64,000 bases of DNA from a virus (IMGVR_UViG_3300030620_000005:8096-72095); one strand, 5' to 3'; positions 15,833-26,373 are shown, counted from the first letter of the stretch. Translations and numbers: made by a program. The notes: generated from the sequence alone by a model not told the origin.

Positions 15833-18664
15833 TCACCGGGCCCGTGCGGTGGGAAGCCGGCCGGTGCGCTGAAGGTTTTCCATGGCCCGGGTAAGGAAAC
15901 CTTCCACCTCGAACTGCGAGCCCAGGACACCGCGGTTGGTGAGGTTGAGGCTGATGTTCACCACTGTCGGTGGAGGGGTGGCTTGCGGTGTACGCAAGGC
16001 CGACAGATTCGCGGCAACCGCAGTCGGCGACGACGGCGCCGCCTCGCCTGGCATCACCATTGAAGGGGTCAGTGCCATCTGAGTGCGCTCGGCGAGATCG
16101 AGTGCAGCACGCCGAACCATCGCCTCGCGTTGGCCGATGCCCTCCGCTAGCGCCTCGCTGATGGATCGGCCGGAGAAGAGAGTCCAGCCCTTCCCGGAGA
16201 ACGGGCCCTCCTTCGCCGGGGAGAAAGGCAGCACGTCACGGGCGCTCGACAGCACGCCGCCGACCGCGTCCTTGACGCTCCCTGCGAGTGATTTGATGCC
16301 GTTGATGAGGCCCTGGATGATTGAGCGTCCAGAGCTGTACAGCAACCTGCCGAGACTGCCCAGGGCGCCTCTGATGCGGCCGGGGATACCGCGTGCGAAG
16401 CCGATCGCGCGGGAGGCGCCGCTGGAAATGGCGGAGCGGAACCGGCCGAACGCGGCAGTGGCCAGCGAGCTGATCAGGCTACCGAGCCTGCTGAGCGCGG
16501 ATCGGATGCGGCCGGGGACGCTGCGGACAAAACCGATGGTGGCGATGGCGCCCTTTACGACGGCAGAGCGGAACCGGCTGAACGCGTCTGTCGCGATCCG
16601 GATCAGCCCGGCGGCCAGCGATGCGAGCGCGGCGAACACCTCGCCGGGCAGTCGGGCGACCCAACTGATGATTGCGTTGATGAGGTCGGGGATGATGCTG
16701 TTTCCGACCAGGACGTCGAACAAGTTTTGGAAGAACCCGATGATCCCGTCGATCAGCAAACCGATGGTGGACAGGATGTTGGTGACCGTCTCACTGATCG
16801 CGGTCCCTACCCCGCTGATGAGTTCTTTGAATGCTGCCCACGCTGCGGAGGCGTCTCCGTTGAGCAGTTCAGTGATGACGGTTAGTGCGGGGACTACGAC
16901 GTTGGTGATGACGTTCGCCAGTTGGTCGGCGAGGATCGTAGCGAGTTGCCCGACCAGCTCGATCAGCGGAGTGATGACCGGCAGGAGTGCCGTCAAACCT
17001 TCTGCAATGAGGATCCCGAGTATCTCCAGTAGCGGAGCCACCGCGACGAGGAGCTCCCCGAACGACTGGCCCAGCGATGCCAGCGCCGGGGCCAGCGCGG
17101 TCAAAAGCTGCGCCACGAGGGGCAGGATGATCGCCGTGATCTCGCTGAATGTGTCGATCAGTGGTGTGAGGATCGTGGGGAGCTCCGCGATGATCGGCGC
17201 CAGCACTGCGGTGAGGATTTCCCCGAGCTGCTGCAGGATCGGCGCGGCCCCCGCGAACGCCTCCGCGATTGCCTGAATGACCGGGACCAGTGGCGGCAGC
17301 AGCGACGCGATCAACTCGCCTACCACAGGCAGCAGCGGCGAGATCGCATCGACGAGAACACCGACGGCTTCCGCGGCCACGGCGAGGACCGGCCCGAGCG
17401 CTTCGATGATCGGCGACAGTGCAGCGCCGAGGTTCTCGATCAGCCGCTCGACAGGGGGCCCGAGTGTGGTGAAGACGGGTCCGATTGCGGCGAGCGCCTG
17501 CCCCAGCAGCGGGCCGACCGTGCTGGCCAGAGTGCTCATCACCGAGGCCAGTGCGCTGATCGCGTCCTGGAATGCTTGGGTGCCGGTGGCTTCCCGCAGC
17601 ACGCCGGTGATCTCCAGCAGGGTTCCGACCAGACCAGCGCCTTGTTCTTGGACCGGGGCCATGATGTTGCCGAGGATCGCGAACACATTGCCCGCGACCT
17701 CTGCAAGGTCACGCAGCACGCCCACTGCCGTGTTGACCGCTTCTTCCAACGCACCCGACTCGAACGCCCGACCGAGCCGCTCGCCGATACTCGTGGCCGC
17801 TCTGCCAGCTCCCGCAGTGAGGCGGTCGAACGCCGGCGCGCCCGCAGCAGCGAGTTGCCCGAGTGCGGTGACGACCTGGGCAGGTACTCCTTCAAGGTTT
17901 CGCAGCCCTAGGTTGGCGCCTTCCATAGCGCGGCCGAGTGTGCCGTTGTCGGCCAGCGCGGCGGCGGCCAGTCCGGCGGAGGCGGCCATGTTGCCGAGGC
18001 TGTTCGCGGTTGTTGTCAGGTGGTTCTGCAGCTCGGGCAGCGTGGCGGTGGCCACCGTTTTCAGGACGCTGTCCAGTTCGGTGAACAGTTCTTCCTGGAT
18101 GGTCTGCTGGAATTCGCGGAACGCGGGCGCAAGCTCTCGGACCTGCTCGGCGAACGCGCGTGCCGACGGCGACAGTTTTTCTAGCGCCTCCGCGAAAGCT
18201 TCCGCGCCTTCCTCGCTGGTGTCGAACGCGGCAGTGACCGCGTCCCCGACACCGGCCATGCCGAGCTTGATCGCCGCACTCGCCTGGACGACCGCGAACA
18301 TTCCTGTCACCGCGACCGCCCCGGCTGGCGCGATGCTCTCCAGGGTGGTGACGATCCCCGCCAGCAGAGGCGCCGCCGAGCCCGCTGCGGCGCCGGCCTT
18401 GCCGAGGACCCCGGCCACGCTGGCGAGAGCACCGCCGACGCTGCCTGCCACGCGGGTGAGACTGCGTAGTGATCCGCCGAACTGGTCGCCGCCGTCTGCC
18501 GCGTTGATGAGTGCCCGGTTGATGACGGTGCCGTCAGCGATGAAGCGGCCACGGATGTCACGGACTCGGCCTTGGGCATCGCGTGAGAAGCGGGCGAGGG
18601 CGAGGGTTGCCGCGTCGGTATTGGCGTCGACGCGGATTTCGGCGTCGCCGATGGGGGTACTCAT
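15833..18664 (-). CDS. Tape measure protein
   Basis: 943 aa, Ala/Leu/Ile-rich helical repeats, follows the tail assembly chaperones; C-terminal FSPAKEGPFSG motif. Confidence 0.93.
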   Translation of the reverse strand: MSTPIGDAEIRVDANTDAATLALARFSRDAQGRVRDIRGRFIADGTVINRALINAADGGDQFGGSLRSLTRVAGSVGGALASVAGVLGKAGAAAGSAAPLLAGIVTTLESIAPAGAVAVTGMFAVVQASAAIKLGMAGVGDAVTAAFDTSEEGAEAFAEALEKLSPSARAFAEQVRELAPAFREFQQTIQEELFTELDSVLKTVATATLPELQNHLTTTANSLGNMAASAGLAAAALADNGTLGRAMEGANLGLRNLEGVPAQVVTALGQLAAAGAPAFDRLTAGAGRAATSIGERLGRAFESGALEEAVNTAVGVLRDLAEVAGNVFAILGNIMAPVQEQGAGLVGTLLEITGVLREATGTQAFQDAISALASVMSTLASTVGPLLGQALAAIGPVFTTLGPPVERLIENLGAALSPIIEALGPVLAVAAEAVGVLVDAISPLLPVVGELIASLLPPLVPVIQAIAEAFAGAAPILQQLGEILTAVLAPIIAELPTILTPLIDTFSEITAIILPLVAQLLTALAPALASLGQSFGELLVAVAPLLEILGILIAEGLTALLPVITPLIELVGQLATILADQLANVITNVVVPALTVITELLNGDASAAWAAFKELISGVGTAISETVTNILSTIGLLIDGIIGFFQNLFDVLVGNSIIPDLINAIISWVARLPGEVFAALASLAAGLIRIATDAFSRFRSAVVKGAIATIGFVRSVPGRIRSALSRLGSLISSLATAAFGRFRSAISSGASRAIGFARGIPGRIRGALGSLGRLLYSSGRSIIQGLINGIKSLAGSVKDAVGGVLSSARDVLPFSPAKEGPFSGKGWTLFSGRSISEALAEGIGQREAMVRRAALDLAERTQMALTPSMVMPGEAAPSSPTAVAANLSALRTPQATPPPTVVNISLNLTNRGVLGSQFEVEGFLTRAMENLQRTGRLPTARAR

Positions 18665-19025
18665 GTGATCATCCCCTTCGCGCGGGCCATCTCCACGAAT
18701 ACGGCGGAGGACTGGTCTGCTTCAGCCTGGTTCCACCACCACGGCGTTGCGGCCTGTGCCGGGTCTGTCTCACGGGTTTCGCTGCCGGGTGCAGCCCACG
18801 CGGACACGCCGAGTTGCCCGTCGAACCGTCGGCGGGCGGCGTCGGGCTTTTCGTTGTCGCGGACGTTCAGGCGGGTGAGCATCTCGGCGTAGATGAAGTT
18901 CAGCCAGCGGTGGGCTGGAAAGTTGCTGGGATCGATGCCTGCTGTGGCGGCCCGTCCGTCGAGCTCGTGCCAGGTGCCGGGTTGGGCGCACCATTCGGCG
19001 AGGGCGAGGACGGCTGTGTAGGGCG
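18661..19025 (-). CDS. Tail assembly chaperone GT extension (-1 frame of the G gene; 5' boundary approximate)
   Basis: Natural-looking peptide only in the -1 frame (LAEWCAQPGTWHELDGRA...); its stop overlaps the tape measure ATG (ATGA). Confidence 0.75.
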
Positions 19026-19349
19026 TCGGCCGTAGTGCCCCATGAGCCACTGGATGACGTCGGCGGTCTGTTCCAGTTCGATGGGGTTTGCCAGGTCGGA
19101 GAGGCGTTTGGTGAAGCGTGTGTGGGATTCGGGGAGGAGGACGAGGGAGAGTGCGTCTTTCATGACGGCGAGTTGCTGGTCGAGTGGTGCGCTGCCGACG
19201 TCTGCGTAGCGTTTGGCGAATTCGGTGAGCATGTCGCCGGGGATGGCGGGGGTGGCTTCGAAGGTGTCGTCGTCGATGCGGAAGGTGAGGCGTTCGCGGG
19301 GTCGGGTGAAGTCTTTGATGGGGGGTGTTGTGGGTGTGGGCTGGGTCAT
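18900..19349 (-). CDS. Tail assembly chaperone G
   Basis: IKDFT...LTFRIDDDTFEATPAIP; WLMGHYGRRPT; ATG 7 nt after TACCGT. Confidence 0.8.
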   Translation of the reverse strand: MTQPTPTTPPIKDFTRPRERLTFRIDDDTFEATPAIPGDMLTEFAKRYADVGSAPLDQQLAVMKDALSLVLLPESHTRFTKRLSDLANPIELEQTADVIQWLMGHYGRRPTQPSSPSPNGAPNPAPGTSSTDGPPQQASIPATFQPTAG

Positions 19350-19353
19350 GGTG

Positions 19354-19389
19354 GTGACGGTAGGCACCCACTCGTCATGATCATTCCGG
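19354..19389 (-). promoter_or_regulatory. Late-promoter motif copy
   Basis: CCGGAATGATC-N15-CTACCGTCAC upstream of the chaperone gene. Confidence 0.75.
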
Positions 19390-19393
19390 AGTG

Positions 19394-19789
19394 TTAGAGG
19401 GCGGCACGCAAAGCCTCCCGGAGAAAATTGTTCGGTTTTGTGCCGGGATGGTTGACGAAACTGGCATACACGACCCGGCCTCCGACAGTGAACCGAAGCA
19501 CCCCGCCCGGCCTGCGAGGGGAGATCCTGTGCGGCCTCGTCCCGTCGATGACATACAAAGCGGCGGGATGCCGGACGTTCACCACCCCCCGGAACTCGCC
19601 GCCCGGGCCGCGCTGGATGGACGCGCGGATGGTGCGGCCCATGCTGCCGGGTGCGAGGCGGATCGCTTCCCGCTCGACACGCTCCACCCGGCGCGTCATG
19701 TTCCGGTACACCAGGCCGCCGGGCAGGCGCAGCATGCGTTCCACCCGGGAGCGGTCGAGGTTGAAGCTGGTCGAGACGCTGAACACCAT
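19394..19789 (-). CDS. HK97 gp10-like neck/tail completion protein
   Basis: HPAALYVIDGTRPH...VNHPGTKPNNFL motif. Confidence 0.7.
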   Translation of the reverse strand: MVFSVSTSFNLDRSRVERMLRLPGGLVYRNMTRRVERVEREAIRLAPGSMGRTIRASIQRGPGGEFRGVVNVRHPAALYVIDGTRPHRISPRRPGGVLRFTVGGRVVYASFVNHPGTKPNNFLREALRAAL

Positions 19790-19796
19790 GACGGCC

Positions 19797-20294
19797 TCAG
19801 TTCCGGCCCAGCGCGACGAGTGCCCGCAGCTCGTTGCCGACGCAGCCACCGGACGGTCCTTGTGGGGTGAGTGGGCGGAGGATGAAGTCGACGATGTCCC
19901 TTGCGTCGTTCATCTCGCACAGCTTCACTGACACGGCTTTCAGCAGTTCGTACGCGTCGCGGAGTACCTCTTGTGCGGACGTGTCCAGTTCGGCGGTGGT
20001 CGGTGATGTGATCTGGTCTTCGGGGTTCGGTGCGCAGCGCACGATCTGGATGATGAGTTCGCCGACTTCGTAGATGGCGTCGCAGTTGCCGGTCTTGCGT
20101 ATGGCTTGGTCGGGGAAGTTGTCGCTGAGGAAGATCGGGCCGACGGTGACGGCGAGCATGCCGCAGTCGCATTCGTCCCATGCGATCGCACCGGGGACGA
20201 CGCCGTGCCGGGACGGCTCGACCGTGAGTTCGGCGTACACCGCCTGCTCCAAAGTGGATGCGACGGTGTACCACTTCAACGGGCCCGTGATCAC
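19797..20294 (-). CDS. Tail terminator-like protein
   Basis: GTG 20294 overlapping the upstream stop; IAWDECDCGMLAV, PQGPSGGCVG. Confidence 0.7.
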   Translation of the reverse strand: MITGPLKWYTVASTLEQAVYAELTVEPSRHGVVPGAIAWDECDCGMLAVTVGPIFLSDNFPDQAIRKTGNCDAIYEVGELIIQIVRCAPNPEDQITSPTTAELDTSAQEVLRDAYELLKAVSVKLCEMNDARDIVDFILRPLTPQGPSGGCVGNELRALVALGRN

Positions 20295-21127
20295 GTCCCT
20301 GCCCTCCGCACCGTCGGCCGATCCACGCTGTACACCCGCGAGCGTTGCCGCAGCCCGTACGGATTCCACGTGCTGACGAACATGTCCACCAGATACAACC
20401 CTGTGCGCCCCTGCCGGAACAACTCGCCCACATCCGGATAGGAGATCGTCACGCCCTGCCGTACGAGCTGCTGCAACCCCGCAGGCAGCTTGCAGTCCCC
20501 ACCCGCCGCCGCCTTCGCAATCTCACACGCCAACTGGCCCACAGCCAGAGACGCGCCCTCCGGCAACGCCTCCCCATACGTAGCCGTCACCGACCACGTA
20601 CCCACCTCAGTGTCATCCAGGTTGAGATCGTTGCAGCGCGGCCACCTACCGCCGTCCGTGCGCACCAACAGCCGGTTGTTGTCGATGCGGTACGCGCCCG
20701 ACACCATCGGCGTCCCGTCGATCTTCACCTCAACGATCGTGTTCACCGGAGCAGGCAGCCGAACCTCAGACACCTGTGTGCACGAGCAGTCACCCGCACA
20801 AGAACCGCACGTCAGGTTGTACCAAAGCCCACCGATCAGCGCAGGCTGCGGATAAGAGCCCGACGCCCACGGAGGCCCGAAGTCGTCGTAGAACGAACCG
20901 GTCTGACACTCACGGGCACACGGACGCAACGTCACCTGACACACCCCGAACCGCATCCCCGTCAACGCCCACAACGTCTCGGTGGCCATGCTCACGGCCA
21001 GCCCGGTGACGGCCGGATTCAACGTGTCAACGTCGCACGTCCACGTCACAGGCCAGTCCGCACACGGGCCAGTGATATCGCCCGTGCCGCCGGGAACGGT
21101 CTGCGGGGTTGGGTTGATGACCGGCAC
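20291..21127 (-). CDS. Head-to-tail adaptor
   Basis: GTG 21127 with GGAGG; ATETLWALTGMRFG, LACEIAKA, RQGVTI, VDMFVSTWNP. Confidence 0.78.
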   Translation of the reverse strand: MPVINPTPQTVPGGTGDITGPCADWPVTWTCDVDTLNPAVTGLAVSMATETLWALTGMRFGVCQVTLRPCARECQTGSFYDDFGPPWASGSYPQPALIGGLWYNLTCGSCAGDCSCTQVSEVRLPAPVNTIVEVKIDGTPMVSGAYRIDNNRLLVRTDGGRWPRCNDLNLDDTEVGTWSVTATYGEALPEGASLAVGQLACEIAKAAAGGDCKLPAGLQQLVRQGVTISYPDVGELFRQGRTGLYLVDMFVSTWNPYGLRQRSRVYSVDRPTVRRAGT

Positions 21128-21135
21128 AAGTCCTC

Positions 21136-22314
21136 CTACGGTGCGGCGAACTTGGCGGGCGCCACGATCATGGCCTGCGTCGGGTCGGACAGGTCGGTTG
21201 CCGTACGCGTGACCGCGATCCACGCGATGAGCGCGCCGTTACCCACGATGAGCGGGTTCACGACGTGCCCGGACTGGCCGATCGCGTTCACGGCCGCCGA
21301 CAGACTGGAGTAGGTGGCCTGCCCGTACTGGAACGCCAACTGTGTGGATGCTTCGCCCGTGCCGAACAGCCACAGCCGGTGAATGCTGGACGTGTTGGCG
21401 CCTCCACCGATCGGAGTGATGACGCCCCCGTTGTCGAAGTTCGCAACGTCCACCGTGTTGACCAGTGGACCGAACACGGTTCCCGTCGCGGTGATGTACC
21501 GGAACTGTGACGGGGACTGAGACGGCACCGTGACGATGTGCGGGCTGTCGGTGAGAACGCCGCTGATGAAATGGGAGAACGCGCGGGCGAACATCTGCCC
21601 CGACGACTGGTCGATCATCAGGTTGGCGCCGTTCGCGGTGACGATGTTCCCTGAGATGGAGAACGGACCCAGCGAATCCATCAGATCAGCAAGCTGGTTC
21701 GCCGGCTGCGCCAGGATCACCGGCAGGGTCTGCACCACCACGACCGTGCCGGAGAAGAACGTCGTCACCCCGAGCGCGAGATGCGTACGCCGCTGCTCGG
21801 GCGTCGGCTTGGTCCCCTGCTGAATGACGTTCGCCGACGAGTCCATGAGCCACCACGTCACCGACCGCAGCAACGACGCCGCATCCAAAGCAACGGTCTG
21901 GTCCGCGGTCTTTATCCGCGTCACCGCAGGCTCGGACTGGTCGCCCGCGAGGTAGTCGACGATGTAGCCGTCCAGTGCGCTGATGTCGATCGCCGCAGGG
22001 TTGCCCGCGTTCGGGTTGAGTTCGCCGCCCGAGGCGATACCGGTGGACAGGTCGGCTTGCTCCTGCGTCATGCCTACGCTGACGAGGAAGCTTTCGGTGT
22101 CGAGGTGGACCCAGTAGGTTCCGGACTCGGCCCAGAAGGTGAGCACGCCTGCGCCATTGGTGGCTGTCGGGTTGGCCAGCGGGGTGGCGCCTGTCGCATC
22201 AGTGAACAGTGATGCGAACGCGGTCGAGCCCTCCGGGAACACCCGCGTCTCAATGTTCGCCGCCAGCGCCCCGGAGGGAAACCAGAACCGATCGCTGTAC
22301 CGGGCCAGAGCCAC
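21136..22314 (-). CDS. Virion structural protein (head/tail appendage-like)
   Basis: Long beta-rich ORF inside the structural operon; alternative TTG start at 22320. Confidence 0.7.
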   Translation of the reverse strand: MALARYSDRFWFPSGALAANIETRVFPEGSTAFASLFTDATGATPLANPTATNGAGVLTFWAESGTYWVHLDTESFLVSVGMTQEQADLSTGIASGGELNPNAGNPAAIDISALDGYIVDYLAGDQSEPAVTRIKTADQTVALDAASLLRSVTWWLMDSSANVIQQGTKPTPEQRRTHLALGVTTFFSGTVVVVQTLPVILAQPANQLADLMDSLGPFSISGNIVTANGANLMIDQSSGQMFARAFSHFISGVLTDSPHIVTVPSQSPSQFRYITATGTVFGPLVNTVDVANFDNGGVITPIGGGANTSSIHRLWLFGTGEASTQLAFQYGQATYSSLSAAVNAIGQSGHVVNPLIVGNGALIAWIAVTRTATDLSDPTQAMIVAPAKFAAP

Positions 22315-22332
22315 ACCCAACCCCCTTTCACA

Positions 22333-22920
22333 TCACGTGGTGGTTTCGTCGACGATCAGCCCGAGGTTCGCCAGCACAGTCAGCAGCGACGCGAGCGCAG
22401 TCCCATCAGTGCGTGACCCCGTCACCGTCTGCTGGGACACTGGTGTCACGCCGTGAAAAGCAAGCTGATCGTTGTCGGGGTCGATGACATGACGGACCGC
22501 CCCGTACAAGGCGTCAACGAACTCGCGTCGCCCCGCATGCTGCGCGTTCAGGGCGTCCGCCGAGTACCGGTCGTACGCGCGCTGCGTCCCGTCGAAACCA
22601 GTACCCGACCAGTTGGAGACGATCAGGTCGGCGCCCGTCGCCTCCAGGTCGAGGGCGCTGCCGCCGCGGCGGAACCGGTAGCCCTTCTCCGTATCGGAAA
22701 CCGTGAGATCGCCGTCGGATACCCGAGCATTCCCCGTGACGTTGAGGCCACTCAGAGACGCGCTGCCGTCCTCAATCGCAGAGACCCGCTCACCGACACC
22801 AGTGACGGTGTCAGAGAGCGTGCTCACATCCACCTGGGTGGCGAACGTTTCGTCGGCGTACGCCCGGTCACCGTGAGGGTCCGCGACGGCGACATGCGCC
22901 TGCAGCAGACTCATGGCCAT
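22333..22920 (-). CDS. Virion structural hypothetical protein
   Basis: DPHGDRAYAD motif; located in the structural operon. Confidence 0.7.
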   Translation of the reverse strand: MAMSLLQAHVAVADPHGDRAYADETFATQVDVSTLSDTVTGVGERVSAIEDGSASLSGLNVTGNARVSDGDLTVSDTEKGYRFRRGGSALDLEATGADLIVSNWSGTGFDGTQRAYDRYSADALNAQHAGRREFVDALYGAVRHVIDPDNDQLAFHGVTPVSQQTVTGSRTDGTALASLLTVLANLGLIVDETTT

Positions 22921-22929
22921 GGCGACGGC

Positions 22930-23607
22930 CTAAGCGGCGAGGGTCGTCGGGTCACACGCCACCGTCGGCGGAGCGGTGGTGGTCACGTTGAACACCCAGT
23001 GCTCATCCGTATCCACGATCTCACCGGCAGGAAGCCAGTCCGCCCCCACGAGGGTGTCCCACGACGCCGACGCGCCCCGCGTCTCCGCCGTGAACTCCAA
23101 CGCGGAGCGGCCGAGTTCGATCGTGTACCCCTGCTTCTGCACCGCGCCCACGTTCGGCCACGCGTGGTAGACGTACTGCTGCTGCCCCGACGCATCACAC
23201 GCCGCGGCGCCGGCGACTTCCTGCCACACCTCCAGGCTGAACCGGTTCGTCGGATTGCCCTCCGCCAGCGCGAAGCCGGTCCCGGTGGTCGGGGTACCGG
23301 TGACGAGCTCGCGGGCCGAAAGGATGTAGGCGACCGCAGACACGTTGATCTCACACAACTGCACCGTCAGCACGACCCGCTTCATCGTCGGGTCGTCTTT
23401 CTGATTCACGCACGGGGCGCCGGCAGCGTTGCGTTCGAAGAACTCCTCGCCGTCCTCGTACTCCTCCGCGGACTCGACGGAGACGAAGCTGTTGGTGACG
23501 GCGACGAGCCCGGAGGCGCCGGTGACGGGGATGCCGCAGGCGTCGAGGGCGACGATACGGAAGTGCGTGCCCTTGACGGGGACGACGCATGTGGAAGTGG
23601 CAGCCAT
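22930..23607 (-). CDS. Major tail (tube) protein
   Basis: RIVALDACG, EEYEDGEEFFERNAAGAPC, FSLEVWQ; Thr-rich C-terminus. Confidence 0.82.
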   Translation of the reverse strand: MAATSTCVVPVKGTHFRIVALDACGIPVTGASGLVAVTNSFVSVESAEEYEDGEEFFERNAAGAPCVNQKDDPTMKRVVLTVQLCEINVSAVAYILSARELVTGTPTTGTGFALAEGNPTNRFSLEVWQEVAGAAACDASGQQQYVYHAWPNVGAVQKQGYTIELGRSALEFTAETRGASASWDTLVGADWLPAGEIVDTDEHWVFNVTTTAPPTVACDPTTLAA

Positions 23608-23616
23608 GGTGTCTCC

Positions 23617-24498
23617 CTAGGTGGTGGGCACGCCGAGGTTGAGGTGAGCGCCGATCAGGCAACACTCGAAGCCGAGGACGTACGTGCGTTCGGCGATCAT
23701 TCGGAGAGTGTTCGCGGCGCGGTCGATGGAGTCCCGCGGCGCATGGAATGCGACGTTGCCCCGGTAGCCGAACAGGCCACCGGTGGCGTAGATCCACGCC
23801 GTTCCCGCATCCGGTGTGGTGCCGTCGGGTGCGCTGCCGGTGTAGCCGCCGCCGACGACGACACGGTTGCCTCCGGTCGTGTACAGGGCGCCGTCGCGTT
23901 CGGCGATGAGGTTCCAGGAGGCGAAGGTGGGCAGCACTTGGCGTGGGATGTGGATGACGCCTTGTCCGGCGTAGCAGTCGCCGAGGCAGTCCTCCAGGGC
24001 GCCGAGTGCGTGGGCTGCGTCGGCTCCGGTCACGCATGTTGATGCGGTCGGCTGCAACAGGATGCTCTGCGTGTCGGATACGTCCGCTGCTGCGGCGAGG
24101 TGCGGGAACACGAGGGTTTGTGCGCCTGCGGTGCCGGTCCAGAACGCTGCTTCGAGCTGCTGGTTTTCGACGCGTGCCAGTGCGTCCGCCGCGACCTCGG
24201 CCGCGTCGCCGAGGCCGACGGGTGAGCAGTCGAACTCGGTGAACACGGTGAACGGGGTAGCGCCGCGGAATGTCTGGTCGACATTGTCGGCCTTCGCGGC
24301 AGGTTCGGGGGGTGCGCCGGTGCCGGTGACGGACAGGCACTCGTCGTACGTTGTGCCGCCGGCCGGGCAGCGTTCGATCCAGGTGACACCCTGCTGCCAG
24401 TGCGGATTGTCGATGGACGGTTTCTGTACGGCGTCCCACAGGCCGTAGGGCAGTGGGGTGAACGCCGGTGGGTCGATGATTTGGCGTGCTCCGGCCAC
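23617..24498 (-). CDS. Minor capsid / decoration protein
   Basis: Directly after the capsid gene; PLPYGL, HWQQGVTW, GNRVVVGGGY. Confidence 0.7.
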   Translation of the reverse strand: MAGARQIIDPPAFTPLPYGLWDAVQKPSIDNPHWQQGVTWIERCPAGGTTYDECLSVTGTGAPPEPAAKADNVDQTFRGATPFTVFTEFDCSPVGLGDAAEVAADALARVENQQLEAAFWTGTAGAQTLVFPHLAAAADVSDTQSILLQPTASTCVTGADAAHALGALEDCLGDCYAGQGVIHIPRQVLPTFASWNLIAERDGALYTTGGNRVVVGGGYTGSAPDGTTPDAGTAWIYATGGLFGYRGNVAFHAPRDSIDRAANTLRMIAERTYVLGFECCLIGAHLNLGVPTT

Positions 24499-24537
24499 CG
24501 GCGCTCACCCCTTCCTGCTCACTCGGTTGGCTGCCGG

Positions 24538-26289
24538 TCAGACGCGGGCTTCGTCACCGAGGAGCGCACCCGTGGCGCCCTTGACGTTGAACGGCACCGT
24601 GTACCGACGGGACTCGTGGCCGACGCGGGCGATGAGGTGGCACTCTTCCGACCACAGCGCGGTGTGGTCGTTGGTCTGGTTGAGGACCGAGTCACGGACC
24701 ACGCCGAGGTCGAGGCTCATGCCTGTGCCGCGGACGAAGGTGCCGGCCGGGTAGATGAGGAAGTCGACCGTCGTCGGCCACGCGGTCAGCGCGGTCGCGT
24801 TGCCGAACTGGCTCGTGCCGCGGACCTGCCAGTCGTCGACCCACTGGACGCGCACGTTGCGGTCGGTGAAGTAGCTGGTGATCTGCTCGTTGGACACGGC
24901 CGGGAGTTCCACCCCAGCCTTCCAAGCGAGGTCAGCGCGAAGCACTTCGCGAACCCAGGACGGCAGGACGACTTCGAGGACGTCGTCGATGCACATGCCG
25001 AACCGCTCGCGGACGTCGGTCGCGGCGAGGCCCACGCTGTTGTAGATGCGGGGTGCGGCGGAGTCGTCGACCTCGCCTCCGATGGTGATTGCGGCGGTGG
25101 AGTCGGCGACCATCTGCGCGATGAAGCGGGCGTTCATGGCGTGGTCGTGGGCCGTCATCAGCAGCCTGATCATGTGCTGCGTCGCCTCGGGGTACGCCGA
25201 GTCGGTGAGGTTGCCTGCGGTGAGGCAGATACCGAAGCACTCCAGCCGTTCCTCCGAGAAGGTGGGGCACGGCACCCGGACGCACGGCTTCGTCGGCGAG
25301 CCGGTCGCGGCGGCGATGTCGTCGGCTTCGGTCCACAGCCACGGCGCGGACGCGTTGGTGAACTCGACGGCGAACCCGCCGAACGCGATGCTGCCGACGG
25401 TGTCCGCCAGCGACGGCGATACGGGGAACTGGATGCCCCCCCTTGTGACACCGAAGGTCGGCAGGTCGATCATGCCGCTGGAGCAGGCGATGTTGAAGAA
25501 GTCGTAGCGGATCTCGCTGGGTGCGCACCAGCCGCCGCCCGCGACGAGCGCATCCTGCTTGTCCTGCGAGGTCAGGAAGTCGAACAGTTCCTTGACCTGC
25601 GCGGGGCTCGACCGGTCGTCGAGGGTGTGCTCGTGCTCGTTGCGGATGCTCGCGACGAGCTGGTAATTCGGGTTGCCGTTCGTCTCGGGCATCGACTTGG
25701 CCTTGCGGTTGACCACGTCGGTGAGGCCGCTGAGGCTGCGGACTGCGTCGCCGTGGGCGACGCCGGGGATGTCGACGGAGGCAGTGACCGCGAGGCGCTG
25801 GGTGGGGACCTTGGGCTTCGGCGCGTGCGCGGCGGTCTCGGCGAGACTGGCGGTCGCGCGGCGGGCGATCTCCTCGGGGCGGACGCTGCCCCCGCGTCGG
25901 TCGGTCATGAGTGCGGCCATGCCTGCAGTGACTCCGCGGGCTGCTGCGGCGGCGATGGCTTCGACGTCGATGGGTGCGGCCGGTGTGGTGCCGGGGGTGG
26001 TGGTGTCGCCGTGGACGCGTTCCTTGAGTGCGGCGAGTTGTTCGCCGACGCGGGTGCGCTGGAGTTCGGCGTTGGCCTGGGCGCGGACTTCGCGTACGGA
26101 GAGTTCGGCGCGGATGCGGTCGAGGTCGTCGGCGAGACGCATCGCGTACTGGAGGGTTTCGGGGTCGACGTCGTCGATGGCTTCGACGCGTTCGAACTCG
26201 GTGGCGCCTCGGGTTTCGAGGTCGGTGAGGTCGTCGTCGCTGACGAGGGTGAGGTCGGGTGGGGCGTTGAACAGTTCTTCTGCGGGCAC
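24538..26289 (-). CDS. Major capsid protein (HK97 fold) with N-terminal scaffold/delta domain
   Basis: GTG 26289 after GGAGG; coiled-coil N-terminus; GGWCAPSEIRYD, LPTFGVTRGGIQF. Confidence 0.88.
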   Translation of the reverse strand: MPAEELFNAPPDLTLVSDDDLTDLETRGATEFERVEAIDDVDPETLQYAMRLADDLDRIRAELSVREVRAQANAELQRTRVGEQLAALKERVHGDTTTPGTTPAAPIDVEAIAAAAARGVTAGMAALMTDRRGGSVRPEEIARRATASLAETAAHAPKPKVPTQRLAVTASVDIPGVAHGDAVRSLSGLTDVVNRKAKSMPETNGNPNYQLVASIRNEHEHTLDDRSSPAQVKELFDFLTSQDKQDALVAGGGWCAPSEIRYDFFNIACSSGMIDLPTFGVTRGGIQFPVSPSLADTVGSIAFGGFAVEFTNASAPWLWTEADDIAAATGSPTKPCVRVPCPTFSEERLECFGICLTAGNLTDSAYPEATQHMIRLLMTAHDHAMNARFIAQMVADSTAAITIGGEVDDSAAPRIYNSVGLAATDVRERFGMCIDDVLEVVLPSWVREVLRADLAWKAGVELPAVSNEQITSYFTDRNVRVQWVDDWQVRGTSQFGNATALTAWPTTVDFLIYPAGTFVRGTGMSLDLGVVRDSVLNQTNDHTALWSEECHLIARVGHESRRYTVPFNVKGATGALLGDEARV

Positions 26290-26337
26290 GGCCGCCTCCA
26301 CGTTCGTCGGAGGGTTGTGTTTGCGTGCCCGCTTGTT

Positions 26338-26373
26338 GAGTTGCGCCGGTAGCGGGCGCATCCGGCGCAACTC
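26338..26373. promoter_or_regulatory. Perfect 12-bp hairpin GAGTTGCGCCGG/CCGGCGCAACTC upstream of the capsid gene
   Basis: Inverted repeat about 50 nt before the capsid start. Confidence 0.55.
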
